A stretch of 58,846 nt of DNA, filler included, from Sphacelaria rigidula (lineage: Eukaryota), in NCBI GenBank assembly GCA_964200075.2. It is 10 parts of 10 records of this genome, joined end to end, with 100 filler letters (N's around TTAATTAATTAA, not from the genome) between each part and the next. Parts side by side here need not be neighbours in the genome. Positions count along the whole stretch, not along the records: positions 23,582 to 29,376 come from CAXNAA020024412.1; positions 29,477 to 35,270 come from CAXNAA020024413.1; positions 35,371 to 41,164 come from CAXNAA020024414.1; 7 more parts are not named here. One strand, given 5' to 3'. Every line of letters starts with the position of its first letter. Positions within the stretch are counted from its first letter, which is position 1. The notes below the pieces were generated by a model that saw only the letters and a program-made list of their open reading frames with translations, ran no database searches and was not told the DNA's origin. A program made the translations under genes and the position numbers. Below, piece by piece: positions 24,711 through 36,976 of this stretch.

Positions 24711-25586
24711 CAGCTCATAAACAACGCGCTGAGACTAGAATATACTTGAAGAATTCGTGGCGCCGGATCGCCCCATCACCGGCGAACAACCAAAAGTAGT
24801 GCTGGCACACAGCAGGCGTCAATAACGGTTGAATCACGAGAGAAAAGGTCATCTAAGCGGCAAAGTTAAATTGAACCCGAGTACCTAAAAAGCCAACGCC
24901 TTTATCGTCAACTCGGACGACCCTCACTTGAGCTTCCTGGCTATATCGTGAAGTGATCGAGCACCGCTCGGGGCATATTATCTGTCCAGCAGCAACGTGT
25001 ATTGGAATGACATGGTCCACCGAAAGCACCATGTCCGTGGTCATACTGTAGTGCCGACCGCACCTGTGTTGTCCTCGGCCATTTTTTTCTTTCTGTACTT
25101 CGTTTTTATTGATATATATATATTTGCGTCTTAGTCTACTATGTCGTTCCGTTCGACTTTTCCCGCTCCTTGTTTTTCAGTTTTGTTTTTCTTGGGTACG
25201 TCCATCATGTAACCACTGCTGGATCCGTGGGGGGTCAGATACTGAGCGACAATCAATTAATCAGTCAATCAATCAAGCCCTCAGCTGACCTGAGTTGGCA
25301 GCAAAATCACACTCGCCGTCGATGGACATGTGTGCTCACACAAGGATCCGTCGCTTGTGTTGCCTCCGCTAAGGACTAGAGACTACGGCCAGCTGACGGC
25401 AGGGACAAATCGTTCCTGTGCCAAGGTCTGTTGGTCACTATCAGCCGTTACAAGCATTGACGGCTTGCCATGCTACCCGCTGCGAACGCGGTCACGACCC
25501 TCTGCTCGGGGCGGGGGGCGTTCTAGACGACGGCTGTTGTGGGTTGGTTGGTTTTCGTGTGCTTGGCTGGCCCTTCAACGGGCTGC

Positions 25587-25933
25587 TGTGTTGTCATCCC
25601 ATCTATCCTGGACGCTAGTCGACACCTTATTGATATATGTGGGCGCACCAGCCGGGGTTACACAGTAGGAGGGCCAACACAGGAGTTTTTTTTCGTTTCT
25701 AATTTGTTTCAATTCTCCACATTTTATTTTTTTTATCGCGAGAGGGGTTCAGCACTTCCCCTCCCTCGTCGACCGTGACGTCAAATTTTGTGTATCTACG
25801 ACATAGTCGCTCTCCACTGTTGGCCATGTGTGTGAGAAAAAAGTCCCAGATTGTGTGACTGCACCGAGATTCGAACCCACGACCCAACCGTCAAAAAGTT
25901 TCGAGGTTACCAACTGAGCCACCGGGGCGACCG
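25587..25933 (-). mobile_element. tRNA-derived SINE family 1, full length
   Basis: Minus-strand head cggtcgccccggtggctcagttggt (A box)...gggttcgaatctc (B box); body shared with two other copies in the window. Confidence 0.8.
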
Positions 25934-27558
25934 CGTGTGCCCGTTGCTGTTTATGCAGTGCGCTTGCGTGTAGTCTCCTGATGTTTGTACCGAGCGGTCC
26001 GAGTTCAGGTGACTGATTTCGTGCCCGTCTCGGGTACTAGAATCAAGTCATTCATCTCGAGAGTGTTTTGGGCTAGCAACAGGATTGCCTTCAGTTTGTA
26101 CACTACTCGTAGCGTGCGAGAAAAAGACGTGTATGTTATATAATTTTATTTGGACGCTTTCCCCCCCACGCACTCTTTCGTCCATTCACGTTTTTACTTT
26201 TTTGGTCGCGCTCACAGCTGGGTCGGTTCGTCATTTTGTTCACGTGATTGGTTCGTTCAGATCCCCTGCAATGAAGATGAAAAAAGAAGAAAAGTCGAAC
26301 GGTCGCGCAGGAATAATGTATGGTTGCTTGCGTCGCGGTTGCCAAAGGGCCAACAACTATCCGTGGCCTTGACTTTAATTTACACACAAAACAATTGAAC
26401 CCCCGCACACTCCGAAATGCCTTGAGCATACGTGGAGCCTTGAAGTGATGCTGAATTAAACCCTTTGGGAACCCTCCCCTTCCGTCCCCGGGTGAGACGC
26501 CTCATTATTATTTCAAGCCCTGAAAAAAAAGGAAGAACGGGAACCGACGCTGATTATTTTTACGGCGGAAGGCCACGGAGAAGAATCCACCATCATGCGT
26601 GATGCGCGCTCCAAAAATGTCACCCTGGTGCGGTCGGGTTAGTGTTGTCCAGTGAGGAGACGCGGCGAGTAAAGTGTGTACCAACTTTGTGCACACAGCC
26701 AAATTTGCCACTTGCGTTCCTGAACTCTATACAAACGAAAAAATGATACAATCGGTTTGTTTTCCATATAATTGTACAACGCCCTGTACCCAAATTGGGC
26801 ACAGTCTTCTGCGGTTGATGCACCGCATTGCTGGGCTGCATTCTGGAGGCGGTGCCCGTCCAGCACTTACCGAGCGTACCAAGCCAAATAATAACACACA
26901 CAGTCGTACGACCGAGCACATAAAAATTTACTCACCACAGGTGGAAGGGCTGGTTGGGCTTCGCCACAGTCACAAAGAGGCAACCTTCCATTTTACCCAC
27001 TTTCCAGTCTTGTCGATCTGAACAGCACGCCATGGCAAATAGTGTAGCGTGAAAGGTGTAAACAATCAACAAGCACCTCGAAATTTCCACTTCTCCCATC
27101 GCCAGTGAGCGCCAAAATGATTTACCCGCATAGATGTGCGGGTGTTTTCACAGCAATCGAACTTCGCAACTGATGTAGCCGTGTGCCCACCGTGCGTGCA
27201 CGCTGGTGCTCCCCTCCCTCGTATGTACACATCTCCTCCTTCGCAGCTGTACCACCAACAGTACCTTGCCAAGGGAGGGCGCTTCGGACAGCCACAGAGC
27301 GCGGAAAAGGGAGCCACAGAGACAATCCGCTGCTACGGCTAATACCCATCGTCGGTCGAAAGTGCTTTGATCATGAAAGAAGTCGGACTTGTACTCACAA
27401 AAATTCCACCAAGCACGAACAGGGGCCGTTCGCGGGCTCTGAGCGCGGGCATTTGAGGCTTGGATGTTGCACTGTACGGGTTTGTTCGTAGTGGGATGTT
27501 CCGATTCGCGTCGTGGATTCGTAGGTTTTAAAATAAAGTACTGTTGTACACTTCTGGA

Positions 27559-27975
27559 TTAACCCTTAGACCGCGAAGCGGGTAGTCCGTCTGGATCACG
27601 CACTCTTTTCTCAAGTGAAAATTGATGCCGATTGAGCAGGATCACCTACCGTCGCGGTCTAGGGGTTGAGGAGTTTTGTTGGGATGTCCTTCGAGTGCGC
27701 GGTCAGTCGAGGCCTTTTGATGAGATATTCCGGGAGACGGGCAGGGGTGGTGTGGGACCTGCAGCAGCAGGTCCTGAGTGGAAACAAACGACTAGAATGT
27801 CCTGCTCGAGGTTTCTTTTCCGGTGTGTTGTCATGCATTCCTTTTTTTGCAGTGGCGACCACGTTCAAAACACGTTTTGGGGTGCGGGCGAAGGTCATAG
27901 AAGAGGCTGCGGTTAGGTGTGGGAATGAAGTCCAGATAAACCTGGTTGAGGCATGTGCTGCAAGTAGTAGCCTGT
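27559..27975 (-). mobile_element. Possible piggyBac-like remnant
   Basis: TTAA|CCC terminus at 27559-27565. The minus-strand peptide TTCSTCLNQVYL...TCFERGRH (27850-27970) loosely resembles the piggyBac C-terminal cysteine-rich domain; no DDD core seen. Confidence 0.25.
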
Positions 27976-28131
27976 AGCGGCAACGATGGGTGTTTGTCGT
28001 AGACCGAGGGCAGTAGTAATAATCTCCAGTGTTTACTCATGGACCCCGTCGGTTCGACATGGGAACAAGATGTGGGACACGTGGACGCATGTGCATCACC
28101 CAAGATACCTAATGTATATCATATATATCTT

Positions 28132-28441
28132 CCTATAAGAGGGCTGTCCGGAGTTTGACACCTTGGAAAAAACTTGCTCTACTCGTTGAGGCGGTTACAG
28201 GACATCTTCGCGTTTTCCGGTGACCGAAGTTTTTGTTTTTGGCCAATCAAGCATTTTTATTCTTGTCCAAAGACGGTCAAGTCCAGGGAAAAATTACAGC
28301 TTTTCTAGATTAGACCGGTCTTGAACGAAAATTGAAGTCTGAGTAAATGAAAAACTCCGGCCACCAGACCTTCCGAAGACCGTCTCGACAAGTATAGTAA
28401 GCGATTCCAAGGTGTCAAGTCCCGCCTAGCTCTCTTTTAGG
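28132..28441. mobile_element. Degenerate ~310-bp MITE with ~100-bp imperfect TIRs
   Basis: cctataagagggctgtccggagtttgacaccttggaa... versus ...ttccaaggtgtcaagtcccgcctagctctcttttagg. Confidence 0.65.
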
Positions 28442-28975
28442 GTGTAAAACGATAAAGAACCAAAAGAGCATTTTTACAGGACCTTTTTTTGTTTGGTACA
28501 GTAGTGGGCGGTCTAACTAGTCATTTGGTGGCAGTTTTTTTTTTTTTTTGTCGTAATCGACGATTTTTTGGGCTCTGTTCGCTTGCCACCGTTCATCACT
28601 CTACGGATATTTGTACCGCTCCACATTACGAGAAAAGAAAACATCTGTAGTACGAGCTGGGTCAGCTGACAGTGATTTGCGAATGTATCCGGGCCGGGCG
28701 GTGGGTAATCTGAAGCGTTGGGCGCTGAAATTGTGACACAATATTTATATCATCACTACGAGCAACTTTCCCGGGGATGCCAAGGAAAAAACAAACAGAA
28801 AGTTAGCGAGTTGAAGTTTCTGCAAAAACTAGAAAAGTGCTATATCTCCGTGAAAATAAAGAAATTCAGGGCCCTAGTGTAGTTGTGCGTCCTTATGTGG
28901 AGGAGATCTTGGTGCAATTTCGGCCAAAACTTCCAGGAATCTGGCGCAGCGTCCAACTTTTCGTGTGGCACAGCT

Positions 28976-29339
28976 GCGCTCCTGTAATCCAAGTGATGCA
29001 ATCGACTCCAGTTATGGAAGTCACGAGTTCGAATCTCGACAAATTCATTTTTCTTGTTTCATCAGTTGGGTGATACATTATGCAGCACTTTTTCTTTTTT
29101 CAGCGGCGGTCCCGTGGGGTACAACGTTGGTCTGCAGGTCACACCGATATACTCAAGTCGGGCTGACTTGGTAAACTTGATAAGATATGGTGTGACACGC
29201 GAATGCGGAGTTTACTGCTGCCCCCGCTCGTGCTCAAGGTTGAGTGACTTACGAGCTGACCGGTCAACGGGGGTTCTGCCACGCTTCAGCCCAGATTCTT
29301 ACTCTTCGGTATTTTCGATCGATTGAGTCTTTTTTTTTT
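28976..29339 (+). mobile_element. tRNA-derived SINE family 2
   Basis: A-box-like tgtaatccaagtg, B box gagttcgaatctc (29025-29037), unrelated body, ends in a T10 run (Pol III terminator-like). Confidence 0.55.
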
Positions 29340-29476
29340 CCCTTCACACGTTGAACCCCTCCCCTTCCTCGGCATGNNNNNNNNNNNNNNNNNNNNNNNN
29401 NNNNNNNNNNNNNNNNNNNNTTAATTAATTAANNNNNNNNNNNNNNNNNNNNNNNNNNNNNNNNNNNNNNNNNNNN

Positions 29477-32400
29477 GAGTTCAAGGGGTCATTCCTCTCG
29501 ACTGCAATTGTTTACCATAGCCAGCCTCTGACCTCGTGTCACCCCTGGCCTCGCATGCTCTTCGAGACCGAAACCAGTATCACCTCGTGATCAGACCACG
29601 ACAGTAGTCTTCGTGTGTGCTGCCGGCGACTTCGAAGACGTAAAAACGCCGGCGTCGGCATGTCATGGATTGGTACGATCAGTCATAAAGGAACCAGGGT
29701 TTCTGGCGTTGGGTTTCGAGTGATTGTGATTCGGCTCCGTGCGCTGGTGTCTGTCGGTGGAATTCCGGTGACGGTGATAAGAACTTTCTCTTCGCTGGGA
29801 GCCAGAGTTATCGTAGTTGTTGGGGCGATCGTCGCGATTCGAGCGAGTGTTGTCGCGATTGTTGAAGGGGCGGCGAGAATGACGGTTGGATGTGCGGTAT
29901 TCTCGCATGCGTTTTTGCCATCGGCGCCATGCTGGCTCATTGTCCTGCAGCTCAGACTTCATGAGGTCGAAAGAGTTGATACAAGGGCGAGTACAATCGC
30001 GCATACTGTGCCCCTGGGTGTTACAATTGATGCAACTATTAGCGTGGCGGCTGAAGGCCTCGTGTCTGGCAGCAGACGAGAGGAGGGGGTTCCACAGATG
30101 TGGATCATCTGTAGTAAACGCAGACGTGGACACAGTGTAGACATCATCCCAAGTCTCGGCGGAGTACGGCCGTCCGTCAAAACTGACGCGGAACGGATCT
30201 CTCTTGTTTGCAACGCTCATGATGGAGCCAGCCACGGAGGCGGGCACCCACGAGGAACGAAGCGAAGTGTGAAACCGGTGGCGGTACCCTGAAGGGGTCG
30301 AAGAAGGCGCAGAAGCAGACTTGGAATGAGCTGAAGCATTACTGTCGCCGCGAATGGCCGGCGTCAAATTATTTTCTTGGTGAACAAACGCACTCCACAT
30401 CGCATCCACAGAGGGATAAGGGACTTTGCGGTGGACTAAAGCACCTGGAAACAGCCACGGAATCAGTGTTGGGAACTGCTCGGAAACACTATTCCTCACA
30501 TATGATTGACACATGGCGTCTGATGGGCCAGTCTGGCGACCTACTCCCATAGTACGGGAAACGAGAAGCTTGAATTCTCGGAGGTAGTCCACGACACTCC
30601 ACATCGCATCCACAGAGGGATAAGGCACTTTGCGGTGGGATAAAGCACCTGGAAACAGCCACGGCATCAGTGTTAGGAACTGCTCGGAAACACTATTCCT
30701 CACATATGATTGACACATGGCGTCTGATGGGCCAGTCTGGCGACCTACTCCCATAGTACTGGAAACGAGAAGCTTGAATTCTCGGAGGTAGTCCACGAAG
30801 GGGACATCACTTGCGACACCACAAAAAGTCGTTGGATAGCACTCCCTTGAGTGCTGCGATCGACGTAGCCGGTCAAGCGGCTCTCCAGATCACGGAGTAA
30901 TTCCGGGCCCCGGCGCCGTCCACATCCATAGCGGTCATGAAACCATCAAGGACTTGTGTCAAAACAGCGGCAGTGTCGGGCGAGCGGCAGTTGATGGCGG
31001 GGTGCAGAGCTTTGTGTAGAGGAATTTCACATGCCAAAGTGTTTCTACGTCAATTTGGATGTATTCTCTCTGGATGGCGGCGGTGCGGGTGGATTCCGCT
31101 CGAGCGGCGGCTGCTGCTGCACTAGCAGCGGCGTGCTCGCGCTCGGCGGCAGCGGCAGCCAGAGTGCGAGCCGACGTGGAAGATATCGGTTTATCCGAGT
31201 TGTCGTCTGAAAGGCCTAAGATCTGGCGCGAAACATCTGCTAAACGCGGTGTAGCGCGACTTAAAGTGGCAGGAGTCGAAGCAGGCGAGCTTGTGGCAGA
31301 AGAATCCTGAGCTTGGTAGAAGAAGAGCTCGACGAGCCGCAACTGTGGTGTGTCTTGGTCAAACCGGTGATGAGACGAGTTCCACGGTGTGGTTGATTTT
31401 TCCCAGAGGAGGAGCTTGAACCTCCGCGGTGGTTGTGAGAATCACCGCGGCGATTGCGCTCATGGTCGGCAACATCATGTCTGTGGCGTAGGCAGCGAGG
31501 AGTCACCGAGATCCAGTCGTCATCAGCTTGGGCTGAGGCGGATTTGGAGGCGGCGCGCAATGCGTCGAACAGCTCGACAATGGACAATTCAAAGGGGTGG
31601 TGGTTTGCTCGATGTAGCGGACTAATTGACCAATGGTAATCGAAAAGAGCCCATCGGAAGGGCAGACCCCGTCGTGTTTCAAGTAGGAAGCGACCGCGTT
31701 TTGGAGTGGTCGAACGAGCGCTAGCCAAGCGTTGCGAGAGCTTGGCAAAGGATTCGAGGGGGTGTAATTGCCCGCAAGAGTTTTCACAGAAAGCGTGAAC
31801 CAAGGGATGTCATCGCAGTGGAGGAAGAAGCGGCGCGGTTCAGCAGTGGTGTCGGGGCGGGCAGTCGATGTAGGGGGGGGCGGGGATGGCGTGCGGTGGG
31901 AGCGAGGAACGGCTACGGCGTGAGAGGCGCGTGAGCGCTCCTCCTCTAGTTCGCGGAGAGGAGCGTGATACTCCTCAATGGAAAGTGTGGACGCCGCTGC
32001 ATTCGTATTGCGTTGCCGATTAACGAGATCAGTCATGGCCGGTGCGTAGTCAGCATAGTCGCGGATGAGTTGTTCTTGGGCAGTGCGATCATGGTCCATG
32101 AAAATACGCAGGAGCAGCCCGAAGGGGCAGTGCTCTGGGCCCAACTGTGGGCGGTCTTGCCGCGACGAAGGCGCAGGGTTGGACGGCGCGACAGTAGATG
32201 CAGGGGGGGTCGAAGCGGGTGCGGGTACGCAAGGAGCCCGGAAGCCAGTATGGGTACCACTATCGACGTCAGTGTCGGCGGCGATGGCAGTGGCAGCGGT
32301 GGTGGCAGCGGGAGCTGGGGGCGGGACAGCAGAAACTGCGGCGTTGGGGGCTACGGTGGGGGGCGGAGATATGGGGTTGTCCACTAGTGTTTGTACGGTG

Positions 32401-33194
32401 CGCTGTAAATCGGCAAGTTGTCGCCGTAAGGGGCGGATGACTGCAGCGTCAGAGCGGGAAGACCTATTGCGTGTGAGGCGAGCACGGCGACTGCGATGGT
32501 GTGAGTCGTAGGGCGGTTGGTCGCTGGAATGCGCGATCGACGATTCCTCGGGTGGAGGAAGAACTGAAAAGATATCCCTCATGGTGTCAGCGTGCACAGT
32601 AGCGATATTACATGGGGAACGATTACGTGAAGAAACCCTTGAGGCAGTGGAAATACGGGATGAACGAGAGGTATGTCTCGAATTGTCGTCACGGGCGTTC
32701 ACCAGCCGGGTGGGGGTGGTTATGTTGTTTCGCGGGGAAGGCGGGCGCGGCGGTGTGGGTGAAAGCCGAGGTTCGGTAGGGGTGGGCGCGGTTTGGTGAG
32801 GCTGGGTACTGTGGGCCGCTTGCATGTCGGCGAAAGCCGAAGGGGAGCGGAGCAAGGTATTGCATAGAACTTGCAGTGCTGTGGCGATACTAACGTCTGG
32901 CACAGGGGCTGGTTCCCGATTGATGCCAGAGGCAGTCGCTGGGGCTCAAGACGGGTGTCCTGAGTTGGGCAAAGCAGAAGTCAGAACAGTTGTCAACAAA
33001 TCATGATCAGCCGGGGTACGAAAAGTGTACGCGGATGATGACAAAGTGTGTGCCGGCAGCGCAGCGCGGGTAGTAGTGCCAGCAGTCAGGGGTCCGGACC
33101 TGGGTGCCACCTGCACGACGGAACGGTCTTGGACTGAAGCTTGTACGACGATATCCGCGCTGGCAGTAGAGTCAGAGGGTGGGGTAGAGACCAT
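29477..33194 (-). mobile_element. Degenerate LTR-retrotransposon gag region
   Basis: Minus ORF chain 33194..32946, 32903..31503, 31342..30959 and 30796..29663. Canonical CX2CX4HX4C knuckle CINCNTQGHSMRDC; gag-like DYLREFKLLVS segment; Pro/Ser/Arg-rich N-terminus. Confidence 0.7.
30391..30798. repeat. 204-bp in-frame tandem duplication inside gag
   Basis: 30391-30594 and 30595-30798 are near-identical (68 codons). Confidence 0.92.
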
Positions 33195-33860
33195 GGGTTG
33201 TCACCAGCCCCGTTGGGGGTTGGGTTGGGGCCACGGGTAACACGAGCGTAGTTGGGGGGTGGGTTGGGGCCACGGGTAACATCGGCGTGGTTGAGGGGTG
33301 GGACACAGCGTGTGTCAAGGTGGGTCAAGTGTCGACGGCTGCGTCCGATGGGGTACGTGCTACAACGAGTGCCACCGACGTCGTAAAGGGTTGGGGCACT
33401 GTGATGTGATGAGGGTGAAGCACCTTGGGTAGGGTGTGGTGGTGTTCACCACGATTGATGCCAGATTCAGACCTCTGTGTACGTTGTTTGTTTACTCAGC
33501 TCAGCAACGCGGGCTGACCACAGTCACTGTCGAGTTGCATCCACAAGGAGACAACAAGCAAACACAGACAAGGGTAGCACCGTATTTTCACGCGATGGAT
33601 TGCATCCAAGCTTCATCTACAGGACAGGGAAATACAACACAAACCGAAACAAGCTGAAGTCTCAATCAATAAAACACACCAGACGAAACAGCAGCCCGAC
33701 TACTACTGTTATCTCTGGGACTCACTTTCTCGCGGTTTGTAGATACTCCAATGGAGAAACTGTTGAATCGCAGCCAAAAACCGGAAATGAGAAGAGAGTG
33801 GCGCTCGTGCGAACTGCTTACAGCTCAAACTTGTTTCGCCGCCCCATAATCATCATAACC

Positions 33861-34138
33861 TGAGGTCATACCATAAACTCCAAGAGCCGAGCTCTTCAAT
33901 ACATGCCATGGTTGGGTCACTACCTTTTTTTGTTCGAATTTGAATTCATGCTCTCCGTAGAACGTCAACGAAGGGGCAGCCAATTTTCCGCTATTTGAAT
34001 ATGAACATGCCCATAACTCAATGTCACCTTTGCCCAAGATCATGGCTACGTCCTGCAGTCACATCATATGACACTAGCCTCCAATAGGTGAAGCAATCGC
34101 ACGAGAACGCAGTGAAACGAGGTTGCTTTACCCACACA
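33861..34138 (-). repeat. Candidate LTR (278 bp)
   Basis: On the minus strand the purine tract gggggaatagaa (34150-34139) is followed by TG...CA and then ggttatg (complementary to the tRNA-iMet anticodon arm). Single copy, so boundaries are unconfirmed. Confidence 0.35.
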
Positions 34139-34553
34139 TTCTATTCCCCCACACCACAGAAAAACCAAAGAACAAAATAAAACAAGAGCTAACAAAAACA
34201 AGGAAAAGAGAACACAAAAGCTTCATACAGGAACAGGCATACGCGGCAACGGTTCACTACAGAACACAGACATACGCGGCTACTGGGTACTGCCGAGGGG
34301 AACGTGGGCAACCGGGCTACACGGTGTTCAAGGAAACGAGAGCACGAGGGGACAAGGGGAAACAGGGGGAATTCTTAAAGAAAGCCCGACGAGACCAGGG
34401 GGACTACGATTGGCGGTAAGGAAAAAGGCAGACAACCGACTCACAACGGTAATTGAGAAAACGACACCAACGACAAAACGAGGGGAAAAAAGGGGGGGGG
34501 GGGATTTCAAAGAGCACGAATAAGATAAGAAGGAACGCATTTCGCTATCAAGA

Positions 34554-34865
34554 TTATTCCGTGTGCCGCGCATTGTCGGCGTTGCACAAGACGGCTGTGT
34601 CGATGTCCCCTTTGTCGTGTCGTTGTAGGCACCAAGATCCTCGGCGAGCGGTCGGCATCTCGGTGTAGTAATCGTCGTGGAGACGGATCTTGAGAGGACC
34701 CGGATCATCGAGGAAGCGGATGTAGTAGGAATTGTCCGCCTCAGGATCTATCAAATGAATCTTCCCCAGCCGCCACCGCGAATACATAGCCCTGTACCAA
34801 ACATATGCACCTTTCGGCAAACGTTTCTTCGAAAAAAAGCGCAGGTATTGCGAACGAGAATGAGA
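34554..34865 (-). pseudogene. Tudor/SH3-like domain ORF end, probably the C-terminus of a retrotransposon polyprotein
   Basis: LPKGAYVWYRAMYSRWRLGKI...YYIRFLDDPGP...GSWCLQRH. Intronless, in frame with ORF 35108..34866 across one stop, and upstream of the candidate PPT/LTR. Confidence 0.5.
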
Positions 34866-35507
34866 CTATAGCCCGAAATGACAAATAATAGGGGATTCTA
34901 TAAAATGAGGTTCATCAATGAAATTAGGTTGGAAGACCCTAACCGTTGAATGACGAAAAGCCCTCAGGGATACCGCACGACGCTGCTGATGCGCAATTTT
35001 TAGGAGGAGTAGGAGATGCGTCCGTGGTTTCACATGCCGCCCATCCCTGGTTAGCTGCGGGCGACGGAGCATAACAACGTTTGTTTGATTGTCGACGGAT
35101 GTTTTCACTGTTGTTCATCTCGGGACTCGTGTCCAGAAAAAGCTCTCGGGCGTCAAGTTGCTGTCAGTAAGGTCAGTAATGTGCTGTCAGTGACGTGGTG
35201 GGGGGATATCACTGCCAACGCAGTGATGTGCCGAGCGGATGATTGGGCGTCCACTGTCCTGAAGAATCGANNNNNNNNNNNNNNNNNNNNNNNNNNNNNN
35301 NNNNNNNNNNNNNNTTAATTAATTAANNNNNNNNNNNNNNNNNNNNNNNNNNNNNNNNNNNNNNNNNNNNCAAGGAAAAAAAAAAAACGAATGATGTGGT
35401 CAAGTACGCTGGTTGTAGCGTCGAGTAGTATCCCAGCGAAGCAGAAAGCTCTACATTCACGGGTGCAGCAGCATCAGTCGCCCAACTCCAACGATCGTTT
35501 TGTTCAA

Positions 35508-35646
35508 CCCTTTGGGGACTAGATCCCCAGGGAGTGCTGATTTTTGTTCTTGTGAATCGGCATCAAAATCAGTCATCTTCGAGTCAAAATGATGCCGATT
35601 CACAAGGGTTCACGAAACAAAAATCAGCACTTTAGTTCTCAACGGG
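35508..35646. mobile_element. Short palindromic MITE with CCC...GGG ends (piggyBac-like)
   Basis: ccctttggggacta...tagttctcaacggg; internal arms agtgctgatttttgtt/aacaaaaatcagcact and cttgtgaatcggcatca/tgatgccgattcacaag; flanks TCAA/TCTA may be decayed TTAA. Confidence 0.55.
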
Positions 35647-35959
35647 TCTACTTTCTTGGACGTCACGAAAAACAACAGCGCAGACGCCCATATGCGAGCT
35701 TTCGTCAGCGGGGAAAAGTCAGTTCGAGTTCGGCGCGCGAATCTGTCGCATTAATGTACTTTAACATAGAGTGGTGCACCGCTTCGGTGGGCTGCATCAT
35801 CAGCAGTTGTAGAAAAACAACCATATCTTGTCCAAGAAAACGTCAAGTGTAAATCGTCACTTTCCCATCAACGGTTCCAAAAGGGCTAACGTCGCAGACA
35901 TAACCGAAAGTGGTGTGTTCGCCATTTGACTGCCTTTGCTTCAATCATCGTTCATGTAC

Positions 35960-36656
35960 CTGTACGTTGTCCGTCCAGTCCGCCCGTCGAATGTCCTCAA
36001 GTCCCTCCGCCTTAAACAACGCCTCGTAATCGGAAAGTGAGCACCACTTCGGAAGGTAATACGCCTTGTTGATCCTGTTCGTATTCATCGGAGAGCGAGA
36101 AAAGACCATGACGAGATTAACGAAAAACGTGGTGAAGTAACTCACTCCAAGACAGCGGCGCATGACCAGATCACATGTAGCCACAGTGCCGCGGCAATGG
36201 AATATAATATACTGGAGCATGTCATTATGTGTCGACATGCTGGAATATGACATAATAGCAACGCCATCATGTAAGAACAATATATTTCGCATGGTACTCC
36301 TGTATGGTTGGAGGGTCCAGCTCGTATGATGTAGTGCGCAGCACACACCCGTTGCGAGTCCTAGATAGAGGGAGTCTCGATCGGGGGTCAGACAGCGAGT
36401 AAGCTGTGAAGTCGTGGATAATGATCCTCGTGAGTGCTGTGTAGGGGTCGGCATTACGCAACCCCAACAAACGTCAACAACGGACTCTTCATGCCCGTGG
36501 AAACAGCAACAACACGAGAAAGGCGGATACCTGTCAAGTAGTTTCTGCTCCTTCGGCTTGAGCTCCGTCTCGCCTTCCTCAAGATCGCGATGGCACCAGG
36601 TTACCACGAGGATACGCCCTCCAGGTGCGCAAATACGCACCAGCTCCCCGACAAAC
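35960..36656 (-). CDS. VTE4: Gamma-tocopherol methyltransferase (VTE4-like), two internal exons
   Basis: Exons 36656-36531 and 36074-35960 with GT-AG borders give FVGELVRICAPGGRILVVTWCHRDLEEGETELKPKEQKLLDRINKAYYLPKWCSLSDYEALFKAEGLEDIRRADWTDNVQ, matching the VTE4 signature PGG.I..VTWCHR...YLP.WCS...ADW. Confidence 0.85.
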
Positions 36657-36976
36657 CTGCCAGCAAACCAGCACAAAAGACGAAAACGTTTCAACAATTC
36701 TTCTGCCCGGATTGAGCACATGAACACATACTCAACAAGTAGGAAACGCACGCGCTGGAAGCAAAAGAACGAGGGAGAAATGAAAAAACGACAGTGAGGA
36801 AGATATTGTCTTGAATAGGCTGGCGACGGGAAATATAAATTCATCTCGATATATATATGTAAGGGTTTCGGCGTTTTTTGCCGCCACTCGTAGTGGATCG
36901 AATTCCAAGATACTTTAGCACCGGTGACCGTTACGTGCGTTGTGTAATGGCACATGACACAGTTTGAATAAAACCA

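Noticed and set aside
25855..25933. tRNA gene
   Set aside because: No convincing cloverleaf, and it is fused to a multi-copy body; interpreted as a SINE head (same for 28976-29040).
18231..36656. Clustering of two methyltransferase genes
   Set aside because: They are on different contigs; the adjacency is artificial.
35945..36955. 336-aa single ORF
   Set aside because: Chance read-through of introns; only 36656-36531 and 36074-35960 resemble VTE4 and have splice sites.
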